Source: Alphaproteobacteria bacterium RIFCSPLOWO2_01_FULL_40_26
Lineage (GTDB): Bacteria > Pseudomonadota > Alphaproteobacteria > Rickettsiales > UBA1997
Assembly: GCA_001767955.1 (NCBI GenBank)
Contig: MEMO01000016.1
Span: 39,404 to 103,403, forward strand
Direction: 5' to 3'
Length of the DNA: 64,000 nucleotides
Shown: positions 9,474 through 18,513 of the stretch, piece after piece
Layout of the letters: each line of letters opens with the position of its first letter
Numbering within the stretch: position 1 is the stretch's first letter
Notes under the pieces: generated by a model
The model's input: the letters and a program-made list of their open reading frames with translations, nothing else
Told to the model about the DNA's origin: nothing
Database searches by the model: none
Program-made: the position numbers and the translations under genes

Positions 9474-10659
9474 ATTTTTTCTTGTAATTCTTAATCACCA
9501 TCAAAGCGATGATGTTGAAGATGAAGGTGAATATGAACAAAGTTAAAGCCAATGCAAAGGCAGCCAGTGTTTTTGGACTGTTAAATTCCTGATCGCCAAC
9601 CAAGAGGGTGACGATTTGTGCGGTTGCGGTTGTGACTGAATCAAGCGGGTTAAAAGTCATTTTGGCGACGAGGCCAGCGGCCATAACTACGATCATGGTT
9701 TCACCAATTGCACGCGAAACAGCAAGAATAACCGCGCCAACAATTGATGGCATTGCTGATGGCAAAACCACTTTTTTTATCATTTCCGATTTGGTGCTGC
9801 CCATTGCCAAAGCCCCGTCTTTTAAGGCTTGAGGCACGGCATTTAATGCGTCGTCGGTTAATGAAAGCATAAAGGGAATAATCATCACACCCATAACAAA
9901 ACCCGCTGCCAAAGCGCTTTCGGAAGCGATACCGATCCCAATTACAGCAAAAATATTTTTAAAAAAAGGTGCGATGGTGATAACGGCAAAATAGCCATAA
10001 ACCACCGTCGGCACGCCGGCCAGAATTTCCAATGCTGGCTTGAGATAGTCGCGCGTTTTAGCTTTGGCATAGAGGCAAAGATATATTGCGCCCATGATGC
10101 CAACCGGCACAGCAACAAGCATTGCAATCAAAGTGATAAGCAAAGTGCCAAGAAAAACCGGCACCGAACCGAATGAACTTTTTCCTACCTCTTGTTCAGA
10201 AGTAATTGCCATTTGTGGATTCCATGAAGTGCCAAAAAGGAATTCCAATGGATTCACCTTTTCGAAAAAACGCAAAGCCTCAAACAAAATGGAAATTGTA
10301 ATGATGATGGTGATTAAAATTCCTATGCCGGCGGTGATAGATAAAACAATGGTTCCTGCGTTTTCGATGTGTTTTTTGGAATTAAAATTTCTGTCGTGAA
10401 AAAATTTGATGAGGAAGAAATTTCCAATCGCAAAGACAACCAATAAAATATTTTTGGTAAAATCGGAAAAAGAGGTGAAAATTATGGCAATTGTAAAAAT
10501 CAGAGACCAAAGCACGAAGCAATAAGCATAGTGAATCGGCAGTGAGTTGAAGCGGGATTTTTTGTCGGATTTTTGACGTAAATTTTTGATATTGTGATTT
10601 AGCGCAAATGCCAATATCACAATCAAAGCCAGCGCAATATACCAAAACAGAAAATTCAT
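9466..10659 (-). CDS. pstC: phosphate ABC transporter permease PstC
   Basis: Permease core AVSRAIGETMIVVMAAG, multi-TM, immediately upstream of pstA. Confidence 0.9.
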   Translation of the reverse strand: MNFLFWYIALALIVILAFALNHNIKNLRQKSDKKSRFNSLPIHYAYCFVLWSLIFTIAIIFTSFSDFTKNILLVVFAIGNFFLIKFFHDRNFNSKKHIENAGTIVLSITAGIGILITIIITISILFEALRFFEKVNPLEFLFGTSWNPQMAITSEQEVGKSSFGSVPVFLGTLLITLIAMLVAVPVGIMGAIYLCLYAKAKTRDYLKPALEILAGVPTVVYGYFAVITIAPFFKNIFAVIGIGIASESALAAGFVMGVMIIPFMLSLTDDALNAVPQALKDGALAMGSTKSEMIKKVVLPSAMPSIVGAVILAVSRAIGETMIVVMAAGLVAKMTFNPLDSVTTATAQIVTLLVGDQEFNSPKTLAAFALALTLFIFTFIFNIIALMVIKNYKKKYG

Positions 10660-11410
10660 GAGGAAAATCAGAGTTTTTATTGAAGAAAATAGTCTTTATC
10701 AGGGTCAAGAAATCAAGATTCAAAATAACGATTTTGAATATTTAACCAAAGTGATGCGCCAAAAAAGCGGCGATTGTTTTTTTGTTTTTAATGGGCTCGA
10801 TGGTGAATTTGTTGCTGAAATTTCTGTTGTGGAAAAAAAATTTTTAACTGCGCAGATCAAGGAAAAAATTTCTGATTTAAAAAATGTGCCGAATATCGCT
10901 TTGGCTTTTGCTTTGGTTAAAAATGTGCGCATCGATTTCATCGCTGCAAAAGCTTCAGAACTTGGTGTAGCAAGGTTTCAGCCACTTTTAACGCAAAGAA
11001 CTATCGTTGATAAAATCAATCTTGAGCGCTTTAAAGCCAATATCAAAGAAGCTTGCGAGCAATGCGAAAGAAATGATTTTCCTGAAATTTTACTACCCAA
11101 AAAACTGGAAAAATTTTTGAGTGAGAAAGAGGCACAAGAAAAAATTTTTATTCTCTGCGATGAATCAGGACAAGGGTTAAAAGCGAGTGAAACTCTGCCG
11201 CAAATTTCTACAGGAAGTCGCGAAATCGTAATTTTAACCGGCCCAGAAGGTGGATTTACCAGCGAAGAATTTGCCAAAATGCGTCAATTAAAAAATCTTC
11301 ATGCAATTAGCCTTGGCCCCCGCATTTTAAGGGCCGACACCGCAATCATTTCTGCCCTGACTTTGGTTCAGGAATTTTGCGGTGATTTTGCTTTAAGAAC
11401 AGGTTCTTAG
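10658..11410 (+). CDS. rsmE: 16S rRNA (uracil1498-N3)-methyltransferase RsmE
   Basis: MRKIRVFIEE start, GPEGGFTSEE and LGPRILRADTA motifs. Confidence 0.85.
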   Translation: MRKIRVFIEENSLYQGQEIKIQNNDFEYLTKVMRQKSGDCFFVFNGLDGEFVAEISVVEKKFLTAQIKEKISDLKNVPNIALAFALVKNVRIDFIAAKASELGVARFQPLLTQRTIVDKINLERFKANIKEACEQCERNDFPEILLPKKLEKFLSEKEAQEKIFILCDESGQGLKASETLPQISTGSREIVILTGPEGGFTSEEFAKMRQLKNLHAISLGPRILRADTAIISALTLVQEFCGDFALRTGS

Positions 11411-11415
11411 ATTTT

Positions 11416-12168
11416 TCATAAGCGAAAAATTTTCTTAAAAAAATTTGCAGAGCGTGTTTTTATGATGCCATTTTCACTGCGCAATTTGTCAATGCCGTAT
11501 TCAGAAATTAATTCTTCCGCATCTTGTCGCAGACCATGTTTATTAGCTAGCATGAACATGATTTTTGCCACATCGAGATTGCCATATTTTACAGTCAAAA
11601 TCTGTTTGCCATAAGCCATGGCTTTGATGTCGTCATTTTGTGCCAGAGATGTAAAAAATTTTGCTTTCAACGCAAGAATTTTGGCATGTCTGTTTTCATT
11701 CAGCTTCAAAAAACATTCTGCAGCTTTGGCAAAATGTGAATTCTGAAAATAAATTTTTCCGGCAAAAAAATTTTTCAAAGTGCGATTTTTCGTAAGCTTG
11801 GAATATTTTTTCTGCAATTTTTCTGCTGATTTTTCATCACCCGCTTCAAGTGCAAACAGAAGTTCGCCGATAGTTTCAAAGGCCTGATTATGTCTGTGCA
11901 CCAACTTTTCCAACAATTTAACATAGCTTCTGCGAAACAATAATTTCAGCAAAGCGGGAAATTTTATCGCCAGAATCCGCGCCATCAGATAGGAAAAAGA
12001 AAAAATCAGCAGCGCGATCAAAGTCGAAATCAGAATCGCAGTTAAAACATCGGTTTGCGCTTCATATCCAAGCCATGTGATCAGCACTTCACCATTATGA
12101 TCAAGCAGCCAAACAAGCACAACCACAATGGCAAGAGCGATAAATAAAAACCACAATATGGCAAACAT
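11416..12168 (-). CDS. HemY N-terminal domain protein (TPR-like membrane protein)
   Basis: Two N-terminal TM helices with ITWLGYEAQTD between them, then a helical repeat region. Position downstream of hemD and the Mic60-like gene matches the alphaproteobacterial arrangement. Confidence 0.65.
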   Translation of the reverse strand: MFAILWFLFIALAIVVVLVWLLDHNGEVLITWLGYEAQTDVLTAILISTLIALLIFSFSYLMARILAIKFPALLKLLFRRSYVKLLEKLVHRHNQAFETIGELLFALEAGDEKSAEKLQKKYSKLTKNRTLKNFFAGKIYFQNSHFAKAAECFLKLNENRHAKILALKAKFFTSLAQNDDIKAMAYGKQILTVKYGNLDVAKIMFMLANKHGLRQDAEELISEYGIDKLRSENGIIKTRSANFFKKIFRL

Positions 12169-13044
12169 TTAAGTTAAGCTTTTTAAATAGTTAAAAATCC
12201 CATCATCAATTTTTTGTACCTCAAAAGATGCATTCAGATTGATAAGAAATTCTTTGAGGATTTTCTGACGTTGCAAATCAAGCGCAGCAATCAGATTCAG
12301 AGCTTCATGATAGTTTAGATCATGTAGATTTTTTTCGATGAAGCTGATTATTCCGTCGGTATTTTGCGTATTTTGATCACTGATCTTTCGAACAATCACA
12401 AGTTTCGCCATATTGTGGCGAATCTTGGCAATCACACCTTGGCCACGATTTTCATTTTTACTGACAATCAATTCCGGAATAAGTTTTTTAAAATCACTTC
12501 GCAATTTTTCCGCAGTGGCAAAAGCGGAAAGATTTTTTTTCAGATCGGAAATTTTGTTTTGTAAATTGCCATCGGAAATGGCGAGCAATTCAAAGTTTTT
12601 TAGCTCTTCGAGATGGTTTTGTCCGGAAAAAATTTTATCGCGCAAACTCACATAAACCAAAATCATTTTGCCGATTTTTTCGTGGTTTTTGTATTTTAAA
12701 ATATCGCTTTTCAGCAACTCGATTTCACTTTTCAAATCAGAGATCTGCACCTGATTTTTCAGCAACATTTGATAGATAAATTCCGCACCTTTTTCTCTTA
12801 ATTCGTTAATCGTTAAATCGGACAAATCATCACGATATTCATCTTGATATTCTTTCGAGAGATCAAAAATTTCGCTTTCAACATTGTCAAATTTTTCGAC
12901 TTCATGCTTTGCCGCAAGGCGCTTCTCACGCTCTGATTTCCAATATTCGTAACCAAAATAGCCAAAAAAAATCAGTGACAAAAAGACAACTAACTTCACT
13001 AACCACCACTGCTTTTTTGGCACAGATTTTTTTTCTTCATTCAT
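12169..13044 (-). CDS. membrane-anchored coiled-coil protein, HemX/alpha-Mic60 (mitofilin)-like candidate
   Basis: Single N-terminal TM (WWLVKLVVFLSLIFFGYFGY) and a long coiled-coil region. Sits between hemD and the HemY-like gene. Confidence 0.5.
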   Translation of the reverse strand: MNEEKKSVPKKQWWLVKLVVFLSLIFFGYFGYEYWKSEREKRLAAKHEVEKFDNVESEIFDLSKEYQDEYRDDLSDLTINELREKGAEFIYQMLLKNQVQISDLKSEIELLKSDILKYKNHEKIGKMILVYVSLRDKIFSGQNHLEELKNFELLAISDGNLQNKISDLKKNLSAFATAEKLRSDFKKLIPELIVSKNENRGQGVIAKIRHNMAKLVIVRKISDQNTQNTDGIISFIEKNLHDLNYHEALNLIAALDLQRQKILKEFLINLNASFEVQKIDDGIFNYLKSLT

Positions 13045-13696
13045 AAAATTTCTTCAAAACCGGATTTGAGTTGAAAATTTTCACTTTCGTAAAACCCAAT
13101 CTTTTCATATAATCCGCAACGTTGTCGCTGATGCACAATATTTGCGCGCGGGGAAAATATTCAAGCAGATTGTGCCTTTGCGCCAATTTAAAAAAAATCG
13201 TGGCGCTGTTTTGTGAAAAAATCAGAATTTCATCAAAAAAATTTTCCTGAACAAAAGCCAAAAATTCCGTTGAAAAATTTTCAATTTCATGAGTTTCGTA
13301 AGCATGAATTTTTTTTACATTCTTGAAATTAAAACTAATCACCGAGCCATGAAAATAAAGAACATCTCCCTTCTCTTCCAAAACCAGATTTTGCAATGAT
13401 TGTGCCGAATTTTGCGGCGAAATAATCACATTTTTAAAACCTTCCTCACACAATTTTTGCGCAGTTTTTTTGCCGACGGTAAAAATTTTTATATCATGCT
13501 TTAAACCAGCTTCCTTCAAAGCGAAACAGGCATTGATGCTGGTAATTATTGCTGCAGAAACCGGCATGGAAATTTTTTTAACCGGCAATTTTTTAACAGA
13601 AAAAAGAGGCTCGATAAAAGCTTTAAATCCAACATTTTCAAAAATCTGTGTTAACTCTTTCGCCTGCTCTTTTGGACGGGTTATTAAGACATTCAT
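13037..13696 (-). CDS. hemD: uroporphyrinogen-III synthase
   Basis: ATG at 13696 gives MNVLITRPKEQAKEL, typical of HemD. The longer track ORF starts at a GTG that would overlap sucC. Confidence 0.75.
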   Translation of the reverse strand: MNVLITRPKEQAKELTQIFENVGFKAFIEPLFSVKKLPVKKISMPVSAAIITSINACFALKEAGLKHDIKIFTVGKKTAQKLCEEGFKNVIISPQNSAQSLQNLVLEEKGDVLYFHGSVISFNFKNVKKIHAYETHEIENFSTEFLAFVQENFFDEILIFSQNSATIFFKLAQRHNLLEYFPRAQILCISDNVADYMKRLGFTKVKIFNSNPVLKKFYE

Positions 13697-13722
13697 ATTT
13701 GCAAAGTTAAAAACGAAATTTA

Positions 13723-13752
13723 TTGTGCCGCACCCCTCATATTCACTATAAT
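13723..13752 (+). promoter_or_regulatory. candidate sigma70-type promoter for sucCD
   Basis: ttgtgc (13723-13728), 18-nt spacer, tataat (13747-13752), 17 nt upstream of the sucC ATG. Sequence pattern only. Confidence 0.3.
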
Positions 13753-13768
13753 CTGATTCAAACTTCAA

Positions 13769-14956
13769 ATGAATATTCACGAATATCAGGCCAAAAGCTT
13801 GCTAAAAAAATTCGGCGTTGCCGTGCCGGAAGGACATCCGGCTTTTTCTGTTCCCGAAAGTCTTGAAGCTGCAAAACAGTTGGAAGCATCGGGACATAAT
13901 GTTTTTGTGGTCAAAGCACAAATTCATGCTGGCGGACGCGGCAAGGCTGGTGGCGTCAAAATAGTTAAATCGACCGACGAGGTTAAGGAAAAAGCCGCAC
14001 AAATGCTGGGCATGAAATTAGTGACCCATCAAACCGGCCCGGAAGGAAGAATCGTCAAACGTCTCTACATCGAATCCGGCTCCAACATTAAAAAGGAATA
14101 TTACCTCTCAGCCGTGGTTGATCGCAAAAACAAAGCGATCGTCTTTATGGCCTCAACCGAAGGCGGCGTTGAAATTGAAGAAGTAGCCGCAAAAACTCCC
14201 GAAAAAATCATTTCAGTAAAAATTGATCCCGCTTCCGGAATTCAATCATGCCATGCCAGAAAACTTGGCTTCGCTCTGGGTTTTAAAGGCGATTTGTTAA
14301 AAAAATTTTCACAGCTGATTTTTGCACTTTACAAGGCTTTTAATGAAACCGACGCTTCACAAATCGAAATCAATCCTTTGGTTGAAACCAAGGAAGGTGA
14401 TATCATCGCACTTGATGCCAAAATCAATTTTGATGACAACGCCTTGCATCGTCATGATCAAATCCGCACCCTGCGTGATTTGGATGAGGAAGAGCCTTTA
14501 GAAATCGAAGCCTCAAAATTCGATCTCAACTACATCAAAATGGACGGCAAAATCGGCTGCATGGTCAACGGCGCCGGGCTTGCCATGGCAACGATGGATA
14601 TCATCAAACTTTACGGATCATCGCCGGCAAATTTCCTTGATGTTGGTGGTGGAGCCACGCGCGAGAAGGTCACAGCCGCTTTCAAAATCATCCTTTCCGA
14701 TGCAAATGTGAAAGGAATTTTGGTCAATATTTTCGGCGGCATCATGCGTTGTGATATAATTGCCAACGGCATTATTGAGGCGGCAAAAGATGTTCATTTA
14801 AGCGTTCCGCTGGTAGTTCGCCTCGAAGGAACAAATGTTGATTTAGGCAAGGAAATTCTTGCCAAATCCGGCCTTGCCATCATCCCCGCCAACGATTTGG
14901 CCGATGCGGCAGAAAAAATTGTTAAAGCGGTTAAAACATCTGAAATTTCAAGTTAA
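13769..14956 (+). CDS. sucC: succinyl-CoA ligase (ADP-forming) beta subunit
   Basis: [17 protein letters not shown] start, ATP-grasp and CoA-ligase regions, followed by sucD. Confidence 0.97.
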   Translation: MNIHEYQAKSLLKKFGVAVPEGHPAFSVPESLEAAKQLEASGHNVFVVKAQIHAGGRGKAGGVKIVKSTDEVKEKAAQMLGMKLVTHQTGPEGRIVKRLYIESGSNIKKEYYLSAVVDRKNKAIVFMASTEGGVEIEEVAAKTPEKIISVKIDPASGIQSCHARKLGFALGFKGDLLKKFSQLIFALYKAFNETDASQIEINPLVETKEGDIIALDAKINFDDNALHRHDQIRTLRDLDEEEPLEIEASKFDLNYIKMDGKIGCMVNGAGLAMATMDIIKLYGSSPANFLDVGGGATREKVTAAFKIILSDANVKGILVNIFGGIMRCDIIANGIIEAAKDVHLSVPLVVRLEGTNVDLGKEILAKSGLAIIPANDLADAAEKIVKAVKTSEISS

Positions 14957-14958
14957 TC

Positions 14959-15855
14959 ATGTCAGTTCTAATCAATAAAAACACCAAAGTTATTTGCCAG
15001 GGAATCACTGGTTCACAAGGCACTTTTCACACTGAACAAGCGCTTGCTTATGGTACTAAAATGGTTGGCGGTGTCACGCCTGGCAAGGGTGGAAGTCAAC
15101 ATCTTCATCTTCCGGTTTTTGACAGTGTTTTTGAAGCCAAACAAAAAACCGCTTGCAATGCTTCAGTGATTTACGTGCCGCCAGCTTTTGCTGCCGACGC
15201 CATTCTCGAAGCAATTGATGCCGAGATTGAACTGATTGTCTGCATCACTGAAGGCATCCCAGTGCTTGACATGGTAAAAGTGAAAAAATCTTTGTGCGGC
15301 TCAAAATCGCGTTTGATCGGCCCCAACTGCCCAGGCATAATCACTCCGGGTGAATGCAAAATCGGCATCATGCCCGGCCATATTCACAAGCGCGGCAAAA
15401 TCGGCATCGTTTCACGTTCCGGCACTTTAACTTACGAAGCAGTTCATCAAACAACCAATACTGGCTTGGGACAAAGCACCTGCATCGGCATTGGTGGTGA
15501 TCCGGTCAATGGCACCAGTTTTATTGATTGCCTTGATATGTTTTTGTCCGATCCGGAAACCGAAGCCATGATCATGATTGGCGAAATCGGCGGAACTGAC
15601 GAGGAAGAGGCTGCCGAATTCATAAAAGCCGAAGCTAAAAAGGGCCATAAAAAACCAATCGTCGGTTTCATCGCCGGCAGAACAGCTCCTCCGGGACGCA
15701 GAATGGGACATGCCGGTGCCATAATTTCCGGCGGCAAAGGCGGTGCGGAAGGAAAAATTGACGCAATGAAATCAGCCGGAATCACCGTCGCCGACAGCCC
15801 GGCAGCGCTTGGTGAAACCATGCTTAAATTACTAAAAAACCCCAATAACGCTTAA
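14959..15855 (+). CDS. sucD: succinyl-CoA ligase alpha subunit; last 4-5 codons and the stop come from repeat C1
   Basis: SRSGTLTYE and [12 protein letters not shown] motifs. The tail ...[11 protein letters not shown] is encoded by the element terminus ccccaataacgcttaa. Confidence 0.95.
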   Translation: MSVLINKNTKVICQGITGSQGTFHTEQALAYGTKMVGGVTPGKGGSQHLHLPVFDSVFEAKQKTACNASVIYVPPAFAADAILEAIDAEIELIVCITEGIPVLDMVKVKKSLCGSKSRLIGPNCPGIITPGECKIGIMPGHIHKRGKIGIVSRSGTLTYEAVHQTTNTGLGQSTCIGIGGDPVNGTSFIDCLDMFLSDPETEAMIMIGEIGGTDEEEAAEFIKAEAKKGHKKPIVGFIAGRTAPPGRRMGHAGAIISGGKGGAEGKIDAMKSAGITVADSPAALGETMLKLLKNPNNA

Positions 15856-16073
15856 GGAATTATGGCTTAAGTCTACAAACTCTAAGTAAAACCAATAAAC
15901 TCCACCACACTGTCACCCCGCACTTGTTGCGGGGTCCATTTGGTCGCAACCAATAAAATCAAGTCTTTGACGAGATGGACCCCGCAACAAGTGCGGGGTG
16001 ACAGTGTGGTGAGATTTGTGATTTAGCTTAGAGTCTGTAAATTTGAATCTGGGTTTCTTAAACGTTATTGGGG
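15840..16073. repeat. composite palindrome C1 (family C shell with a family B core)
   Basis: Terminal inverted repeats ccccaataacgcttaag / cttaaacgttattgggg (15840-15856 / 16057-16073). The inner arms are also inverted. Confidence 0.85.
15902..16011. repeat. palindromic repeat family B, copy B1 (core of C1)
   Basis: ccaccacactgtcaccccgcacttgttgcggggtcca ... tggaccccgcaacaagtgcggggtgacagtgtggtg. Each arm is itself a hairpin (ccccgca cttgt tgcgggg). Confidence 0.9.
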
Positions 16074-16110
16074 TTAAAAAACTAATTTTAACACTAACCA
16101 CAGGAGACAT

Positions 16111-17166
16111 ATGAACGACCGTAAAAAAGCACTGGAAGCCGCACTTTCACAAATCGACAAACAATTCGGCAAAGGCTCGGCGATGAAATTCGGTCAACGC
16201 CCGATAATGGATATTGAAGTGATTCCAAGTGGCTCGCTGGCGCTTGATTTAGCGCTTGGCGTTGGTGGCTATCCACGCGGCAGAATTGTTGAAATTTATG
16301 GACCGGAAAGTTCTGGAAAAACCACCCTCACTTTGCATGCAATTGCTGAAGCGCAAAAGGCTGGCCTATCTTGTGCCTTCATCGATGCCGAACATGCTTT
16401 TGATCCGATCTATGCCAAAAATCTCGGCATTAATCTGGAAGATATGATCATCTCCCAGCCTGATAATGGTGAGGCTGCACTGGAAATTGCCGACACTCTA
16501 ATTCGCTCTGGCGCTGTTGATTTGATCGTAATTGATTCAGTTGCCGCGCTAGTTCCGCAAGTTGAACTTGAAGGCGGTATGGGCGATAATCAAATGGGTT
16601 TACAAGCGCGATTGATGTCCAAAGCCTTGAGAAAACTGACTTCGACCGTTTCCAAAAGCAACGCCACTGTAATTTTCATTAACCAAATTCGCATGAAAAT
16701 CGGCATAGTTTTTGGCAATCCCGAAACCACAACTGGCGGTAATGCGTTGAAGTTTTACGCCTCCGTGCGTCTCGACATCCGCCGCGGCAATGCCATCAAA
16801 GATCAGGATGAGGTTTTGGGTAATGAAACCAAAGTGAAAGTAGTAAAAAACAAAGTCGCCTCACCTTTCAAAATCGCTGAATTTGAAATCATTTATGGCG
16901 AAGGAATTTCAAGACTTGGCGAAATTATTGATCTGGCAGTAAAACACGAAATCATAGAAAAGTCCGGCTCATGGTTTGCCTATAAAGGTGAAAAAATCGG
17001 CCAAGGCAAAGAAAACGCCAAAGCCCATTTGAAAGAAAATCCAAAGCTCACCGAAGAAATTGAAGGAAGAATACGCGAAAAATTAGGCGTAAAAAAACAC
17101 ACCAAAAAAACTGCAGAGGAAGAAAAACCAACAGCAGAAAAAAAACGCAAGGCTGAAACCAATTGA
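16111..17166 (+). CDS. recA: recombinase RecA
   Basis: [10 protein letters not shown] Walker [10 protein letters not shown], full-length RecA. Confidence 0.97.
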   Translation: MNDRKKALEAALSQIDKQFGKGSAMKFGQRPIMDIEVIPSGSLALDLALGVGGYPRGRIVEIYGPESSGKTTLTLHAIAEAQKAGLSCAFIDAEHAFDPIYAKNLGINLEDMIISQPDNGEAALEIADTLIRSGAVDLIVIDSVAALVPQVELEGGMGDNQMGLQARLMSKALRKLTSTVSKSNATVIFINQIRMKIGIVFGNPETTTGGNALKFYASVRLDIRRGNAIKDQDEVLGNETKVKVVKNKVASPFKIAEFEIIYGEGISRLGEIIDLAVKHEIIEKSGSWFAYKGEKIGQGKENAKAHLKENPKLTEEIEGRIREKLGVKKHTKKTAEEEKPTAEKKRKAETN

Positions 17167-17183
17167 AGCGCCGACATAAACAA

Positions 17184-17260
17184 GCACCCGTAGCTCAACT
17201 GGATAGAGTATCTGACTACGGATCAGAAGGTTGCAGGTTCGAATCTTGCCGGGTGCGCCA
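17184..17260 (+). tRNA. tRNA-Arg (anticodon ACG), CCA encoded
   Basis: Hand-folded cloverleaf: acceptor gcacccg/cgggtgc, anticodon stem tctga/tcaga, loop ctACGga, T loop ttcgaat. Confidence 0.9.
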
Positions 17261-17293
17261 ACTCTCTCAATGGTTTAGACAGGTTCTTAAATT

Positions 17294-17318
17294 GTCATCC
17301 CGAACTTGTTTCGGGATC
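17294..17318. repeat. family B-like single hairpin arm (diverged, B3)
   Basis: gtcatcccgaacttgtttcgggatc compared with the family B arm gtcaccccgcacttgttgcggggtc. Confidence 0.6.
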
Positions 17319-17325
17319 TATTGTG

Positions 17326-17423
17326 GCCATGTCGCAAATCAACTTCCTGAAAAATCTGAACCCTTGATTTACAAGGGCTCGTCGAGTTTAAAAATGGTAA
17401 GAAATGGGGATTTGCGACAGTCC
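17326..17423. repeat. palindromic repeat family E, copy E1 (intergenic)
   Basis: ccatgtcgcaaatc...cccttgatttacaaggg...gatttgcgacagtc. About 94 percent identical by eye to the reverse complement of copy E2 at 41387-41484. Confidence 0.9.
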
Positions 17424-17623
17424 CATTGTGAAAGACACAATATTTTTGATAACAACTAAAAAAATAGCAAACTCGGAAAGAAGTTTGAAACCTGAATTTT
17501 GTGCAAAAGTTCTCATGAAGAATTATTCGAAAAACATTTTGTTGATTTTTATTTAGGCGTAGAGTTATAGATTATTTGGTTGTTTAGTTTAACATTTTTT
17601 TAAATTTTATTTATAACATTTCT

Positions 17624-18493
17624 ATGAAACGCGCTTTTTCATTAATTGAGTTATCCATTGTAATTTTGATCATCGGCATTTTGGTTGCCGGCATTACTCA
17701 AAGCTCAAGGTTGGTTTCAGCAATGAGACTTAATTCAGCAAGAGCTTTAACTCAGAGCTCTCCAGTGAATTCAATTAAAGATCTAACACTGTGGCTGGAA
17801 ACTACCTCCACTAAAAGCTTTGCCACCGGCACCTCTACTTTTACCAATGTTGAAGAATTAGATAATGATACCTCTATCGGCAGATGGAATGACATCAATC
17901 CTCAAGCTTCTTCCAAAAATAATGCCACTAAATCAACATCTGATCAGGCAAAATATACCACCAATGCCATTAATGGTTTGCCGGCGGTAAGATTTAACGG
18001 AACCAATAATAATTTTGCTTTTGACGGCACTGTGCTTGTTAATACCAATTACACAATTTTTGTGGTTGAGCAAAGACGTTCCAATGGTAGTAATGGGTGG
18101 CTTCTCATTGGTTCCGCTAGTGCATCCAATACTAACTTACATGTTGGTTATCAAGACGACACTACCATGAGATATACTCATTTTAATAATAACCTGACCG
18201 ATACTGTTTCGGCTTATAGCTCGCCTGCTCCAAGGCTTCATATTTTTAGATTTGATCAAGGTAGCGGCAGACAATATTGGAGAAGTGATGACACAACCAA
18301 CCCTGGCGCTTCCGATGCACAAACAGCGCTTTTGGCTTCATATGCCAATTCATCAATCGGAGGATATGGCACTGATTGGTTTAATGGCGATATAGCCGAA
18401 ATCATCGCCTTCAATCGCGCTTTAAAATCTGAAGAAAGACAAGCGGTAGAAAGCTATTTGAGTCAAAAGTTCAATATTAAAATTAAATACTAG
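17624..18493 (+). CDS. prepilin-type N-terminal methylation domain fused to a LamG-like domain (paralog P3)
   Basis: MKRAFSLIELSIVILIIGILVAGITQSSRLV. AVRFNGTNNNF and GDIAEIIAFNRALKSEERQAVESYLSQKFNIKIKY. Closest to P2. No Cys. Confidence 0.8.
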   Translation: MKRAFSLIELSIVILIIGILVAGITQSSRLVSAMRLNSARALTQSSPVNSIKDLTLWLETTSTKSFATGTSTFTNVEELDNDTSIGRWNDINPQASSKNNATKSTSDQAKYTTNAINGLPAVRFNGTNNNFAFDGTVLVNTNYTIFVVEQRRSNGSNGWLLIGSASASNTNLHVGYQDDTTMRYTHFNNNLTDTVSAYSSPAPRLHIFRFDQGSGRQYWRSDDTTNPGASDAQTALLASYANSSIGGYGTDWFNGDIAEIIAFNRALKSEERQAVESYLSQKFNIKIKY

Positions 18494-18513
18494 AGTGTGT
18501 TAAACGGGCTCTA
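18491..18513. repeat. 23-nt mini-palindrome with family G-type termini (TAGAG...CTCTA)
   Basis: tagagtgtgttaaacgggctcta. Its two ends are the TAG stop of P3 (18491-18493) and the TAG stop of ccmB (18511-18513, minus strand). Confidence 0.6.

Noticed and set aside
15913-16276. Minus-strand ORFs 15913..16110 and 16094..16276
   Set aside because: The first is read-through of the C1/B1 palindrome and the second is antisense to the recA 5' end. Neither has a plausible start context or recognisable motifs.
17163-17459. 98-aa ORF downstream of recA
   Set aside because: It reads straight through tRNA-Arg(ACG) and the family B and E repeats. Its repeat-derived part mirrors the insert peptide of the methyltransferase, showing the repeat is simply stop-free.
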